From IMG/VR virus record IMGVR_UViG_3300020421_000007, positions 1 to 64,000 of that record: DNA of 64,000 nt, one strand, 5' to 3'. The stretch comes from a virus. The position numbers were made by a program, and so were the translations under genes. Of the stretch, positions 17,560 to 27,788 are shown one piece after another. Under the pieces are notes generated by a model that worked only from the letters and a program-made list of their open reading frames with translations, was not told where the DNA came from and did no database searches. Numbering within the stretch: the stretch's first letter is position 1; every line of letters begins with the position of its first letter.

Positions 17560-19371
17560 ATGGCTGCTATTATTTCTGATAAGTTTCGTATTTTTAACGC
17601 GAAACAATTCCTAGAATCCTTGACGGAAGGTCCAAGCGAAACAAGTGCTGAGCGCACTAGAATGTACTTCTTTGTTGGGCGTCCCCAACCTTGGAAAGCA
17701 TATCTAGAAGTGTATTCAAATTCTTCTACTAATTTTACTGTAGGTAACGAGGTTTACGTTGGTACTTACGGTTCCACAACATTCCGTGCCACAGTTGCCG
17801 AAGTTTATGATAGTGCCCTTCTCCTAACCGACGTTTTTGGTAGCAACGGAACAAACTCCACTCCAACTCTAGGACAAGATCTAAAAGAAACTGCCAACGC
17901 TGGATCTTCCGACACAGCAGCAACTGCTAAGGTAGGTGTCTACCGCTACGCTACTGAGGATGTTCCACCTCTACCTCTTGATAACCAAAGAGAAAAGATT
18001 AATGTATATGATGAATTGATCGCTGCTAAGCGTATTACTGATTCTTTTGCTAGAACAGTTATTCGCCGTTATAACTGGGATCTAGTTGCGAATCCTAAGT
18101 TTGACATGTGGAAACCTGATTACTCTGCTACCCCTGCTGGTGGTGGTCAGGTTGGCAAATCAACTGCAACAGGTCAGTCTGCTATTGCTGATGCTAAGTT
18201 CTATGTAATGAACTCTGATTATGAAGTATTCAAGTGCCTTTATAATGGGGAGAATATTGCTAACCCATCTGGTCAAAACGCAACTGAAGAACCAAAAACT
18301 TCTGGTGGTAACTATGCTTCTTCCACTGGTCTCTACACAGAGACTTCTGGTGCTGGATACATCTGGAAGTATATGTACACCATGCCAACTGATGATGTCC
18401 TAAGATTCCTATCTTCGGATTTCATGCCAATTGTTCTTCCCTCCAACAACTCTCGTACTGCTGTTACTGGATCTGCTGTTGCTGGTGCGATTGATGTCGC
18501 TCTAATTGAAGATGGTGGTTCTAATTTACCTGCATCGCAAACTCTGTACACTGGCATTAAAGGTGACGGAACTAATGGTGTTATTATGTTTGCTACTAAT
18601 GGTTCTGGAACTATTACATCAGCATCTGTACAAAACCGTGGATCGGGTTATACATATGCCAACGTTCTTCTTGGTAACGGCAACCTCTTCTCTGACGCTA
18701 GTTTAAGTACAGCAGTTACTACTCCTGCTAACGGAATTGGTTCTATCGAAGTTGTGATGCCACCTCAAGGTGGTCATGGTTCGGATCATGAAGTAGAACT
18801 TAATGGTAAGCGTGTGATGACTAACATCCGCTTAACTTATGCTGAAGGTTCTGGTGATTTCCCAGTTGACAATGACTTCCGTCGTATTGGAATCATTAAA
18901 GATCCATACAACTGGGGTACAACAACATTTGCAACTGATGACACTCGTTCTGGTTTAAGAGCAGTTAAGATTACTGGTGCTACAGCAGATTTCATTCCTG
19001 ATGAAACCATCAGTCAGACTGTAACTGACGGTACTGCAAAAGGAACTGTTGTTTCATGGACTCTTGATAGTGGTTCAACAACTGCTGGAGTTCTTAAGTA
19101 CATCCAGACTAATGATGCTCACACTGATCAAGGTGTTGTAAGAGCATTTGAAAGCAATGGATCAAACGCAATTAGTGGTGTTGGTTCTGCTGCTTCTGGT
19201 AATGTAGATACTACCTATTCTCAGTCTCTACTCGGTTCAACTTTCTCTTCTGGTCTTGCTACTCCAGAAATTGAAAACAACTCTGGTGATATCATCTATC
19301 AGGAAAATCGTCGTCTCATCACCCGTGCTCCTGACCAAATTGAAGATATCAAATTAGTTATCGAATTCTAA
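17560..19371 (+). CDS. gp8: Baseplate wedge subunit gp8
   Basis: MAAIISDKFRIFNA, YFFVGRP.PW, VFKCL, GYIWKYMY, RQI/RIG..DP, NSGDIIY.ENR motifs. Confidence 0.93.
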   Translation: MAAIISDKFRIFNAKQFLESLTEGPSETSAERTRMYFFVGRPQPWKAYLEVYSNSSTNFTVGNEVYVGTYGSTTFRATVAEVYDSALLLTDVFGSNGTNSTPTLGQDLKETANAGSSDTAATAKVGVYRYATEDVPPLPLDNQREKINVYDELIAAKRITDSFARTVIRRYNWDLVANPKFDMWKPDYSATPAGGGQVGKSTATGQSAIADAKFYVMNSDYEVFKCLYNGENIANPSGQNATEEPKTSGGNYASSTGLYTETSGAGYIWKYMYTMPTDDVLRFLSSDFMPIVLPSNNSRTAVTGSAVAGAIDVALIEDGGSNLPASQTLYTGIKGDGTNGVIMFATNGSGTITSASVQNRGSGYTYANVLLGNGNLFSDASLSTAVTTPANGIGSIEVVMPPQGGHGSDHEVELNGKRVMTNIRLTYAEGSGDFPVDNDFRRIGIIKDPYNWGTTTFATDDTRSGLRAVKITGATADFIPDETISQTVTDGTAKGTVVSWTLDSGSTTAGVLKYIQTNDAHTDQGVVRAFESNGSNAISGVGSAASGNVDTTYSQSLLGSTFSSGLATPEIENNSGDIIYQENRRLITRAPDQIEDIKLVIEF

Positions 19372-19390
19372 TAAAAATAGATTAATTAAG

Positions 19391-19418
19391 TCCCCCGAGA
19401 GATCGGGGGATTTTTTTT
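19391..19418 (+). terminator. Rho-independent terminator
   Basis: TCCCCCGA-gaga-TCGGGGGA followed by T8. Confidence 0.9.
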
Positions 19419-19423
19419 ATCTC

Positions 19424-19431
19424 TATAAATA
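19424..19431 (+). promoter_or_regulatory. T4-type late promoter
   Basis: TATAAATA directly after the terminator. Confidence 0.8.
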
Positions 19432-19467
19432 CTAAGGACAAAGAATGCTAGTATTTGGCGGAAAACG

Positions 19468-22400
19468 ATGCCACAAAAGACTAACTTAAATGTAAATCCT
19501 TACTACGAGGACTTTGACGCGAATAAGAATTTTTATAAGATTCTATTCCGTCCTGGGTACTCTATTCAAGGTAGAGAACTAACACAGATCCAATCGATTC
19601 TACAGAATCAAGTTGAATCTTTTGGTAAGTATGCTTTCAAACAGGGAGACTTAGTTGTTCCTGGGGAAGTGGGTCTTAACACAAAGTTAGATTACGTTAA
19701 GTTATCCTCAGTATCTGAAGTTGCTGTTTCAGAGGGAGATGATATCGTATATAAAAAGTATGATATCAGTCAATTAATTGGTCTAGAAATCAGAGGTTTA
19801 AGTTCTGGTGTTGTTGCTACTGTTTTAGAAACAAAACTAGCGACAGAATCTACTGCCGATACGGTATACGTAAACTACCTTAGCAGTGGTGATTCTAACT
19901 TAGATACAACTTTCCGTCAAGGTGAGACACTAGAAGTAGTTGATGGTGTCAACACTCCACTTTTAGTTGTTGGAACTGACGGTAGTGTTCTTCCAACTAG
20001 TATCGAAGTTAAAAATCCAGATACAGGAGAAGTTACGTCTCTAGAAAGTCCTGCCATGGGATATGCTTCTGCTGTAAAAGTGGAAGAAGGTATTTACTTT
20101 GTTAATGGATACTTTGTTCGTAACGATAAACAACTATTAGTAATTGATGATTACTATGATAATCCATCAGCAAAAGTTGGATTTACTATTAAAGAAGACA
20201 TTGTAACTCCAGAAGAGGATGCTTCTTTATATGATAACTCAATTGGATCTTCAAACTATTCTGCTCCTGGAGCACATAGACTAAAAATTAGTTTAACTAT
20301 TAAAAAATTTGAATTGTCAGAAACAACTGACAAAAATTTCATTCAACTTATCACAGTATATAAAGGTGCTGTTCAAAAGAAAGTATCTCCTACAAACTAT
20401 AGTCTAATTGAGCAGACTCTTGCTAGAAGAACTTTTGATGAGAGTGGAGATTATATTGTAAATGATTTTTCTGTAGATATTAGAGAATATGCACAGAAAG
20501 ATAAAAATGGTGGATTCTATAAAGTTGACGAATTCGGATCATTTAATGGTTTAACAGAGTCTGAAGCAAGTAGAAAAATGCTTGCTGGTATTGGACCAGG
20601 TAAAGCATATATCAGAGGATATGAGATTGTCAACAAAGAGACAAAGTATCTAGAAATTAACAAAGCGAGAGAGTCGCTTTCAAGCGATAATGTTACTCTA
20701 AAAACAAAAGGTCTTCCAACTTTTAATATTACTAACACATATGGTAGTGTTCCTTTGAATAAGGAAGGTGGAGATTTAACCGCTTATCCATATGTTAACT
20801 TATTCGCAACTTATAATGATGGTTCTATAGGTCTTAGTGGCACAGAGTTATCAACTGACCACAGACAAACTTTAGATAAAAGAGGAACTACATTAACTAG
20901 TAATGATGGTATTAAAACCATTACAATCGATGTAACAAATACCACTACAACTTTAGCGTCAATTTCAGACGGTAATTTTTCAAATTTATCAGAACTTTAT
21001 TTTATCAAAACTAGAGATGATGCTGGTAATGCTCTCACAACAGGCAAACTCAAGTCTCTATCTTATGCTAAAGTAAACAAACCTCTGCTAAACGCCAATG
21101 ATCAGGTTCTATTTTTAGAACTTACAGTTGTTGGAGATAAAGATGATATTGATCTACTTCTCCTTGAGTATGATCCAGGAGACACCAACTATCAAAGAAA
21201 TATTTTCTTATCTGAAGCAGATGCTGCTACAGATTCAAATGAGTTGGGATTTATTATTGATTATAGTGAAACTATTACTCCATTAATTGGTAGAGCAAAA
21301 CCAAGTAATTTTTTCCTAAAGCAAAGAGGTCTTGGTTTTAATTCTGATTCTGATATTGTTATATCTAAAGGTAGACTAGCAGGTGGTGGAGACACATATA
21401 ATGCTATTTTTGGATTGTCATATTTTGATCCACAATTTTTCACCAAATTACTTCTAGAAGTAACTCCTACCAATAATAGTTTCGGTATTGGTAAGTATGT
21501 TACTGGTTTAACTAGTGGTGCTTATGGTGTTGTTGAAGGTGCGCCTTCTGGTGTATATTCCATTGGAAAAATTTTATTTGTAAAAACCCTATCAGGAAAA
21601 TTTGTTTCTGGAGAGTCTATCAGAGACGAAGATGGCGTAACAAATAGAATTGCTAAAGATAATACTATTTCACATTTTATTGTAGCAAATAGAGGACTTG
21701 GATATGCTGATAATTCGACTCTCGTAATTAATGGTGTTGAATATGATGCTGCAGCAGCAGAAGCTATTCGTTTAACAAATGGTTCTTTCTATGCTGTACA
21801 AATTAACAACAAATCTGCGCTTTCTACAGAGTATGCACAACCACCATCAGTAAGTATTAAACAACCAGATGGTGCCGCTAACCCAAGTATTACTGCTGTT
21901 ATTTTACCAGTATTGGTTAGGAATGCTGTAACTACATACAACCCCCAGAATGTAAAATCTTTATCTGCTCAGTATGGTTCTGGAAATGCTAATATCTTTA
22001 CTGCTGATTTGGTAACAGATGATCAAGCATTTGCAGAAATTAAATCTGTAACTAGTTTTACTTTCTTTGGATCCAAGGGATATAATTTCATTGAATCTAC
22101 TAGTTTTAGTGCTGACGCAAGTCTTCTATTACAACAGGGTGATGTCATTCAATTCTCAGATGAAGACAACACACTTGTTCGTGCTGTTGTACAACTTGCT
22201 ACTGTCAGACAAGGATCTTCTAAGTCACGAGTATATCTAGATACTGTTCTTCCTGGAAACGTTACTAATACTAGTATTGTTAGATTGCGTCCTAGAGTTG
22301 ATAATTCTAGTCAAGGAACTCTTCTGTTCCCCACGGGAAGTAGTCAGATTAAAAAAGTAGCTGATACACCAGAAGAAACTAAAATTAAGTATTTCTTCCG

Positions 22401-25400
22401 TAGAGATTTTGTAACTACAGCATCCACATCAGGTGGTACAATTACATTTGCTGCTCAGTTACCATTTGGAACACAAAGATTTTCCACATTTAATGAAGAA
22501 AATTATATCATTACAGTTTTAGATCCTGGCGATGCTTCCAACATTACTAAAGGTGATATTATTTACATTGATAAAGATAACGTAGTAATTTCATCGTCAA
22601 CTGATACTGCCAGTGGATTGACTTCTGGCAGTATTAGTTTGAACTTACCATCAACATACTTTGGTATTATTCCAACAAACGGAACGTTCCCCAAACTAAA
22701 ACTATCAGCAACACTAGAAGTTCTAAATGCTAAACCTAGATTAAAAACATCTATTGAAAATAAAAGGATTGTTGTTACTTCGTCTGGAGATCGTGTAATT
22801 CCATTTAGAGGAACAGATTATGATAGCGATGTAGTAGAAACTATTTCATATTCTGATGCGTATAGACTAAGATACGTATATGAAGGAAGTGCTACTCAAC
22901 CACCATCTGTAGATACTTCAGGTAATTTAATTTCTGGTATAGATGTAACTGATAGATTTACATTTGATAATGGACAAAGAGATACTGTATATGACGTTTC
23001 TAGGATTGTATTGAAACCAGGAAAAGAACAAACCTCTGGACAACTTGTAATTGCTTTTGATTACTTTGAACAATCTCAAGGAGATTTCTGTACCATCGAT
23101 AGTTACATACATGAAGCTGGAGTAACAGAAGACTTAATTCCATCATTTAACTCTGCTGTACATGGCATTCTAAATCTAAAAAATGTATTAGACTTTAGAC
23201 CTAAAGTAGATTCTGCTACTACAATTTCTGGATTCCAAAACGAATCTTCATTAGCAAATAGTATTGGTAGTTTTGCTGGTGCTGGATCAGTTATTGCTGC
23301 TACTCCAGCGCCAGATACCAATCTAGAGTATACACTGTCATTTAGTCAAGTACAATATCTTGATAGAATAGATGGCGTTTTCTTAAATAAAAATGGAAAC
23401 TTTATTGTTAAAGAAGGAAACTCTTCACTAAATCCAACAAAACCAGATCCAATTGATGATGCTATTCCTCTATTCTATGCTTACATTCCTGCTTATACAC
23501 AAACAAGTAAAGATGTAAGAATTACCTCTGTTGACAATCGTCGTTATACGATGCGTGATATTGGTAAGTTAGAAAAACGCATTGAAAGACTTGAATATTA
23601 TACCACTCTTAGTATTCTAGAGCAACAAGCTCTTAATATGCAAGTTAAAGATGAAATTGGTCTTGATAGATTTAAGTCTGGTTTCTTAGTTGATAACTTT
23701 GAAGCACATAGATCTGGAAGTCTCGTATCTTTAGATTATCAGTGTGCTATCGATTCCCAACAATCTGTAATGCGTCCACAGTCTAAAGAAGATTCACTTT
23801 TCCTCAAAGAGGTTAATAAAAGAGAAGATCAGAGATTTGTTTCTGGATACAAAAAATCTGGTGATATTGTCACCCTTCCATACACCAGTTTAAATCTTTT
23901 AGGAAATAATTTTGCTTCTAAAACACTAAATCCAAATCCATTTGTAGTTCTTCAGTATGTTGGCGATGCTGCGTTATCACCAAGTATTGATCAATGGTAT
24001 GATCAATCCACGGAACCATTAGTTGTAGATACCAATACTGATCTCTACAAGATCTTTATTGCTAAGCAAGATGTTAGAGAAAGTTTCTCAAGTTTATTCA
24101 ATTCATTTATTACTAATTGGGTTGGTTCGTCTCCATCATTTACATCTATTAATTCACTAGGACAAGTAAATTCTTTAGATGTTCAATCTTCAGTAAGCAA
24201 TGCTTCTACTGCATCTTCATCTAATATTAGTCCACAAAATAATGATGTTGCTAAAGGTGTTCAATCTTCTACAATAAGAGGCAACGTAGTATCCAATGGT
24301 GTACAATTCTTCGCTAGAAGTCAACCAGTCAAATTTGTAGTTAGAAGGTTAAAACCAAATACTAGAATTTCTGTTTTCTTAGAAGGAAGAGATATTAGTC
24401 GTTGGGTTAATCCAGATCTTAGATTTACTGGAATTGCTGGAAATTCTTTGTCGGCATTTAATGGAACTGTTACCACAGATGATGACGGCAATGCTAGTGG
24501 TCTTATTCTCCTACCAGCAGGATTTGCTCCTAGACAAAATGCTACTTGGGGTGGAGATGTAGATACTGTTGATTATGACACAGATTCAGAAGAAGTAAGA
24601 GTAACTACAGGAATAAAAACCTTTAGATTTACATCTAGTTCTAATGATGCTGACAAACTAACAGTAGATACTTATGCTGAAGTCAAGTATTATGCTGTTG
24701 GTATTTTACCAGAAAATCCAGTAAGTATTATTTCCACAAAACCATCATTCTTTAAAGCAAATGAGGGTGTACAGTTTGTGGATAGTAATACTGATAACCC
24801 AGTAAGACCAAATCCACTTGCTCAAACATTTAAAATTGAAAATTATGATGGTGGAGTATTTACTACTGGTATTGATCTATACTTCAGTTCTAAGAGTAGT
24901 AAAGTTCCCGTCAAAATTTACTTAACTAATGTTGAATCAGATAAACCTGGTAAGAATATTATTCCTGGAACAGAGAAAGTTATATCACCACTATCATACA
25001 TTAAGTTCTTTACTAACGCAAACGTATATGTTACTAGGGGAGAAAAAGTAACTGGAACAACATCTGCTGCTAGTGGTCCCATTGAGAAAATCATCGACAA
25101 AAATGGTGTTGATTTAGTTCCATCTTCATCTGGAAGATTCTTATTAACAAACGAGCAGGTTTACACTATGGTTCTTAGTAACCATAATGGTCGTTCTTTC
25201 AATCAAAATGAAACATTATCAATTCCATCAGTAACTCTCAGAAATAATACTGAAGGAGAATCTGGTATTGTAACTATTGCTAAAGATAGTGGTAAAGTTT
25301 CAGAAATTAGAATTACTAATCCTGGACAAAATTATAATAATGCTATTTTAACTATAGAAAGTCCACAACTTCCTGGTGGTTCTGTTGCTACCGCTAGCGT

Positions 25401-27582
25401 AGAAGTTTCGGATGGTAAGATTTATAATACTGAAATTAGTCTAAATGGATTTGGATACACAGAACCACCTTCTGTGGTCATCAAAGGCATCGGTAACGGT
25501 GCTGGAGGATGTGTAATTGAGACAGAGATAGAGATTGATAGTCCAGCAGTTAGAATGGGTGTAGCGGTCGATCAGGAGGGTCTTACAGATTCTACTGTTC
25601 CTACTCACTTTGAATTCGATCATCCTGTATATTTACAGAATGACACCGAATATGCTATGGCAATTGAGACAGATTCCACAGATTATGAACTGTGGGTATC
25701 AAGACTTGGAGAAGTTGACGTTGCAACAAGCACCGTAATTACAACACAACCATCACTAGGATCTGTTTATAGATCGCAAAATGTAGACAACTGGACCGAA
25801 GATATTTTTGAAGATGTCAAGTTCTCTTTATACAGAGCAGAATTTGATATCAGTAAGACTGCTGAACTTTTATTGACTAATGAGTCTCTTGGATACGAAC
25901 TTCTTCCCAAGAACCCATTTACCACTAATGCTACCGCAAATACTAATGCAACATCTAGACTGTTCAGAAATAATAATAATATTGTTCAAGTATCTCATAG
26001 AGATAATGGATTTGAAACTTCTGGTCTATCATATGTTTTCTATAAAGGAGCATTAGAAACAGGTGGTGTTACGGCAGATGTCCTCAACAACACTCTTTTC
26101 CAAATTACGAATAGTGGCATTGATACTTACAATATTACGTCATCTATCGCTGCTTCTGGAAATGTTGACGGTGGTGGTGAAAAAATCTATGCTACCTACA
26201 ATAGGAAGTATGAAACTTTATATCCACAGATTCAATATTTGTCCTTCACTGGCACTAAATTAGAGTCAATGGTCAAAACAACTAATGTTGTTCCTGTAGA
26301 TTCCACCACGATAAACTATACTTCATATTCACAAAGTGACTATGAAAAAACTTTCTTGAATGAACCACATTTCTTTACCAATCAAAAATTTATTGCTTCT
26401 GATATTAATGAAACTCTAAACAATGTTACATCATTAACTTATAAGTTATCACTGTCGTCTACGGTTTCATATTTGTCTCCTGTAATTGATCTTTCCACAG
26501 CAAGTGTTAAAACTGTTTCTAATAGAATTGAATCTGCTTCTGGTCAAGAGAACAGATATGGAAGAAGAGATCAAATTATTAAGTTCTTCCCAATCTATAA
26601 GTTTAACATTGGAAATACTAGTGGAACACAAATTCAAGACAATCAAGCAATTGAAGGGTATACTTCAAAAGCAGTTGGTACTATCGCTAAAGTAGAAGGT
26701 TCGACAGTATTTGTTAGGTTAAAAACTACTCAATTCTTTAAGAGAGGAGAAAGACTTACATTAGGAAATCAACCAACATTAGTTGAAACAGAAAATGGAG
26801 TAATTGTACCAGCTGCTAAAGTTGACACAAACCCAATTGAAACTTTAATTGATATTCCAGATGCTGCAACTATGACTGCTAGAAATCCATCAACGATTTT
26901 AGAATCTTATGATAATATTATTACTGGAAGCGCAGTAATTTGGGATGATAAAACTCAACAACTAGAGGTTAGAAATGATACTCAACCAATTCTAGATGAT
27001 TTTACTAGTAGGATTATTGACAATTTCGTATTCAATAGAAACTCAGTTGTCAACGATCAACTTGCTGATATCTTTAGAGTAGGAGATATCCTTAAGTATC
27101 CAAATCAACCAGATGATGAAGCAAGTTTCTTAGAAATTAAATCAATTGATTACGCAAATGGAATTACATATGTTTCTGATAACACATCCAAAAATAGTTC
27201 TTCTGTAGCAAAATACGTTACTAAAGAAGTTGCTATTAGCAATCCAGGAACATCAATTAATCTTCAGTTGACTGTAAATGCAAAAGACATTAATGATGTC
27301 CAAGTTCTTTACAAATTTAAGAGATCTTCCAGTCAAGAAAATTTTGATGATATCAACTGGATTTACTTTAATGAAAATGGTCAACCAGATTCATTAGAGA
27401 TTGCTACTCCAGAAAATACCATTTCTTCTGTACTAGAAAAACAATCCTCTTATCAAGATATCAGATATAGTGTATCTGATTTACCTGAGTTTTCATCTTT
27501 TGCTATTAAGATTGTCATGAAGGGAGTTGATCCTGCATTTGTTCCTAAGGTTCAAGATATTCGTGCTGTTGCTTCTTTCTGA
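19468..27582 (+). CDS. VrlC-like/DUF4815-family large virion structural protein (2704 aa)
   Basis: PYYEDFD..KNFYKILFRPG..QGRELTQ.QSILQ, APGAHRLK, LARRTFDESGDY, RYTMRDIGKLEKRI, RFKSGF.VDNF motifs. Confidence 0.88.
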   Translation: MPQKTNLNVNPYYEDFDANKNFYKILFRPGYSIQGRELTQIQSILQNQVESFGKYAFKQGDLVVPGEVGLNTKLDYVKLSSVSEVAVSEGDDIVYKKYDISQLIGLEIRGLSSGVVATVLETKLATESTADTVYVNYLSSGDSNLDTTFRQGETLEVVDGVNTPLLVVGTDGSVLPTSIEVKNPDTGEVTSLESPAMGYASAVKVEEGIYFVNGYFVRNDKQLLVIDDYYDNPSAKVGFTIKEDIVTPEEDASLYDNSIGSSNYSAPGAHRLKISLTIKKFELSETTDKNFIQLITVYKGAVQKKVSPTNYSLIEQTLARRTFDESGDYIVNDFSVDIREYAQKDKNGGFYKVDEFGSFNGLTESEASRKMLAGIGPGKAYIRGYEIVNKETKYLEINKARESLSSDNVTLKTKGLPTFNITNTYGSVPLNKEGGDLTAYPYVNLFATYNDGSIGLSGTELSTDHRQTLDKRGTTLTSNDGIKTITIDVTNTTTTLASISDGNFSNLSELYFIKTRDDAGNALTTGKLKSLSYAKVNKPLLNANDQVLFLELTVVGDKDDIDLLLLEYDPGDTNYQRNIFLSEADAATDSNELGFIIDYSETITPLIGRAKPSNFFLKQRGLGFNSDSDIVISKGRLAGGGDTYNAIFGLSYFDPQFFTKLLLEVTPTNNSFGIGKYVTGLTSGAYGVVEGAPSGVYSIGKILFVKTLSGKFVSGESIRDEDGVTNRIAKDNTISHFIVANRGLGYADNSTLVINGVEYDAAAAEAIRLTNGSFYAVQINNKSALSTEYAQPPSVSIKQPDGAANPSITAVILPVLVRNAVTTYNPQNVKSLSAQYGSGNANIFTADLVTDDQAFAEIKSVTSFTFFGSKGYNFIESTSFSADASLLLQQGDVIQFSDEDNTLVRAVVQLATVRQGSSKSRVYLDTVLPGNVTNTSIVRLRPRVDNSSQGTLLFPTGSSQIKKVADTPEETKIKYFFRRDFVTTASTSGGTITFAAQLPFGTQRFSTFNEENYIITVLDPGDASNITKGDIIYIDKDNVVISSSTDTASGLTSGSISLNLPSTYFGIIPTNGTFPKLKLSATLEVLNAKPRLKTSIENKRIVVTSSGDRVIPFRGTDYDSDVVETISYSDAYRLRYVYEGSATQPPSVDTSGNLISGIDVTDRFTFDNGQRDTVYDVSRIVLKPGKEQTSGQLVIAFDYFEQSQGDFCTIDSYIHEAGVTEDLIPSFNSAVHGILNLKNVLDFRPKVDSATTISGFQNESSLANSIGSFAGAGSVIAATPAPDTNLEYTLSFSQVQYLDRIDGVFLNKNGNFIVKEGNSSLNPTKPDPIDDAIPLFYAYIPAYTQTSKDVRITSVDNRRYTMRDIGKLEKRIERLEYYTTLSILEQQALNMQVKDEIGLDRFKSGFLVDNFEAHRSGSLVSLDYQCAIDSQQSVMRPQSKEDSLFLKEVNKREDQRFVSGYKKSGDIVTLPYTSLNLLGNNFASKTLNPNPFVVLQYVGDAALSPSIDQWYDQSTEPLVVDTNTDLYKIFIAKQDVRESFSSLFNSFITNWVGSSPSFTSINSLGQVNSLDVQSSVSNASTASSSNISPQNNDVAKGVQSSTIRGNVVSNGVQFFARSQPVKFVVRRLKPNTRISVFLEGRDISRWVNPDLRFTGIAGNSLSAFNGTVTTDDDGNASGLILLPAGFAPRQNATWGGDVDTVDYDTDSEEVRVTTGIKTFRFTSSSNDADKLTVDTYAEVKYYAVGILPENPVSIISTKPSFFKANEGVQFVDSNTDNPVRPNPLAQTFKIENYDGGVFTTGIDLYFSSKSSKVPVKIYLTNVESDKPGKNIIPGTEKVISPLSYIKFFTNANVYVTRGEKVTGTTSAASGPIEKIIDKNGVDLVPSSSGRFLLTNEQVYTMVLSNHNGRSFNQNETLSIPSVTLRNNTEGESGIVTIAKDSGKVSEIRITNPGQNYNNAILTIESPQLPGGSVATASVEVSDGKIYNTEISLNGFGYTEPPSVVIKGIGNGAGGCVIETEIEIDSPAVRMGVAVDQEGLTDSTVPTHFEFDHPVYLQNDTEYAMAIETDSTDYELWVSRLGEVDVATSTVITTQPSLGSVYRSQNVDNWTEDIFEDVKFSLYRAEFDISKTAELLLTNESLGYELLPKNPFTTNATANTNATSRLFRNNNNIVQVSHRDNGFETSGLSYVFYKGALETGGVTADVLNNTLFQITNSGIDTYNITSSIAASGNVDGGGEKIYATYNRKYETLYPQIQYLSFTGTKLESMVKTTNVVPVDSTTINYTSYSQSDYEKTFLNEPHFFTNQKFIASDINETLNNVTSLTYKLSLSSTVSYLSPVIDLSTASVKTVSNRIESASGQENRYGRRDQIIKFFPIYKFNIGNTSGTQIQDNQAIEGYTSKAVGTIAKVEGSTVFVRLKTTQFFKRGERLTLGNQPTLVETENGVIVPAAKVDTNPIETLIDIPDAATMTARNPSTILESYDNIITGSAVIWDDKTQQLEVRNDTQPILDDFTSRIIDNFVFNRNSVVNDQLADIFRVGDILKYPNQPDDEASFLEIKSIDYANGITYVSDNTSKNSSSVAKYVTKEVAISNPGTSINLQLTVNAKDINDVQVLYKFKRSSSQENFDDINWIYFNENGQPDSLEIATPENTISSVLEKQSSYQDIRYSVSDLPEFSSFAIKIVMKGVDPAFVPKVQDIRAVASF

Positions 27583-27788
27583 TGAGTTTTATAAAAGTAA
27601 AAGGTCATGATGGTCTTGTAAGAGACTCTGGCACGGGAGCTATCATTAACAATGATGCTTCCGCGTTAGAAGCACGAAGAAAATCTAAAAATCTTAGTGC
27701 TGCCATAGAAGACATAAATAACTTGAAGGAAGAAATATCTGAAATTAAACAGCTCCTTAAAGAGATAGTACGAAATGGCAGTTCTTAG
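27582..27788 (+). CDS. Small conserved hypothetical protein with coiled-coil C-terminus
   Basis: KVKGHDGLVRD..TGAIIN motif; coupled to both neighbours. Confidence 0.8.
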   Translation: MSFIKVKGHDGLVRDSGTGAIINNDASALEARRKSKNLSAAIEDINNLKEEISEIKQLLKEIVRNGSS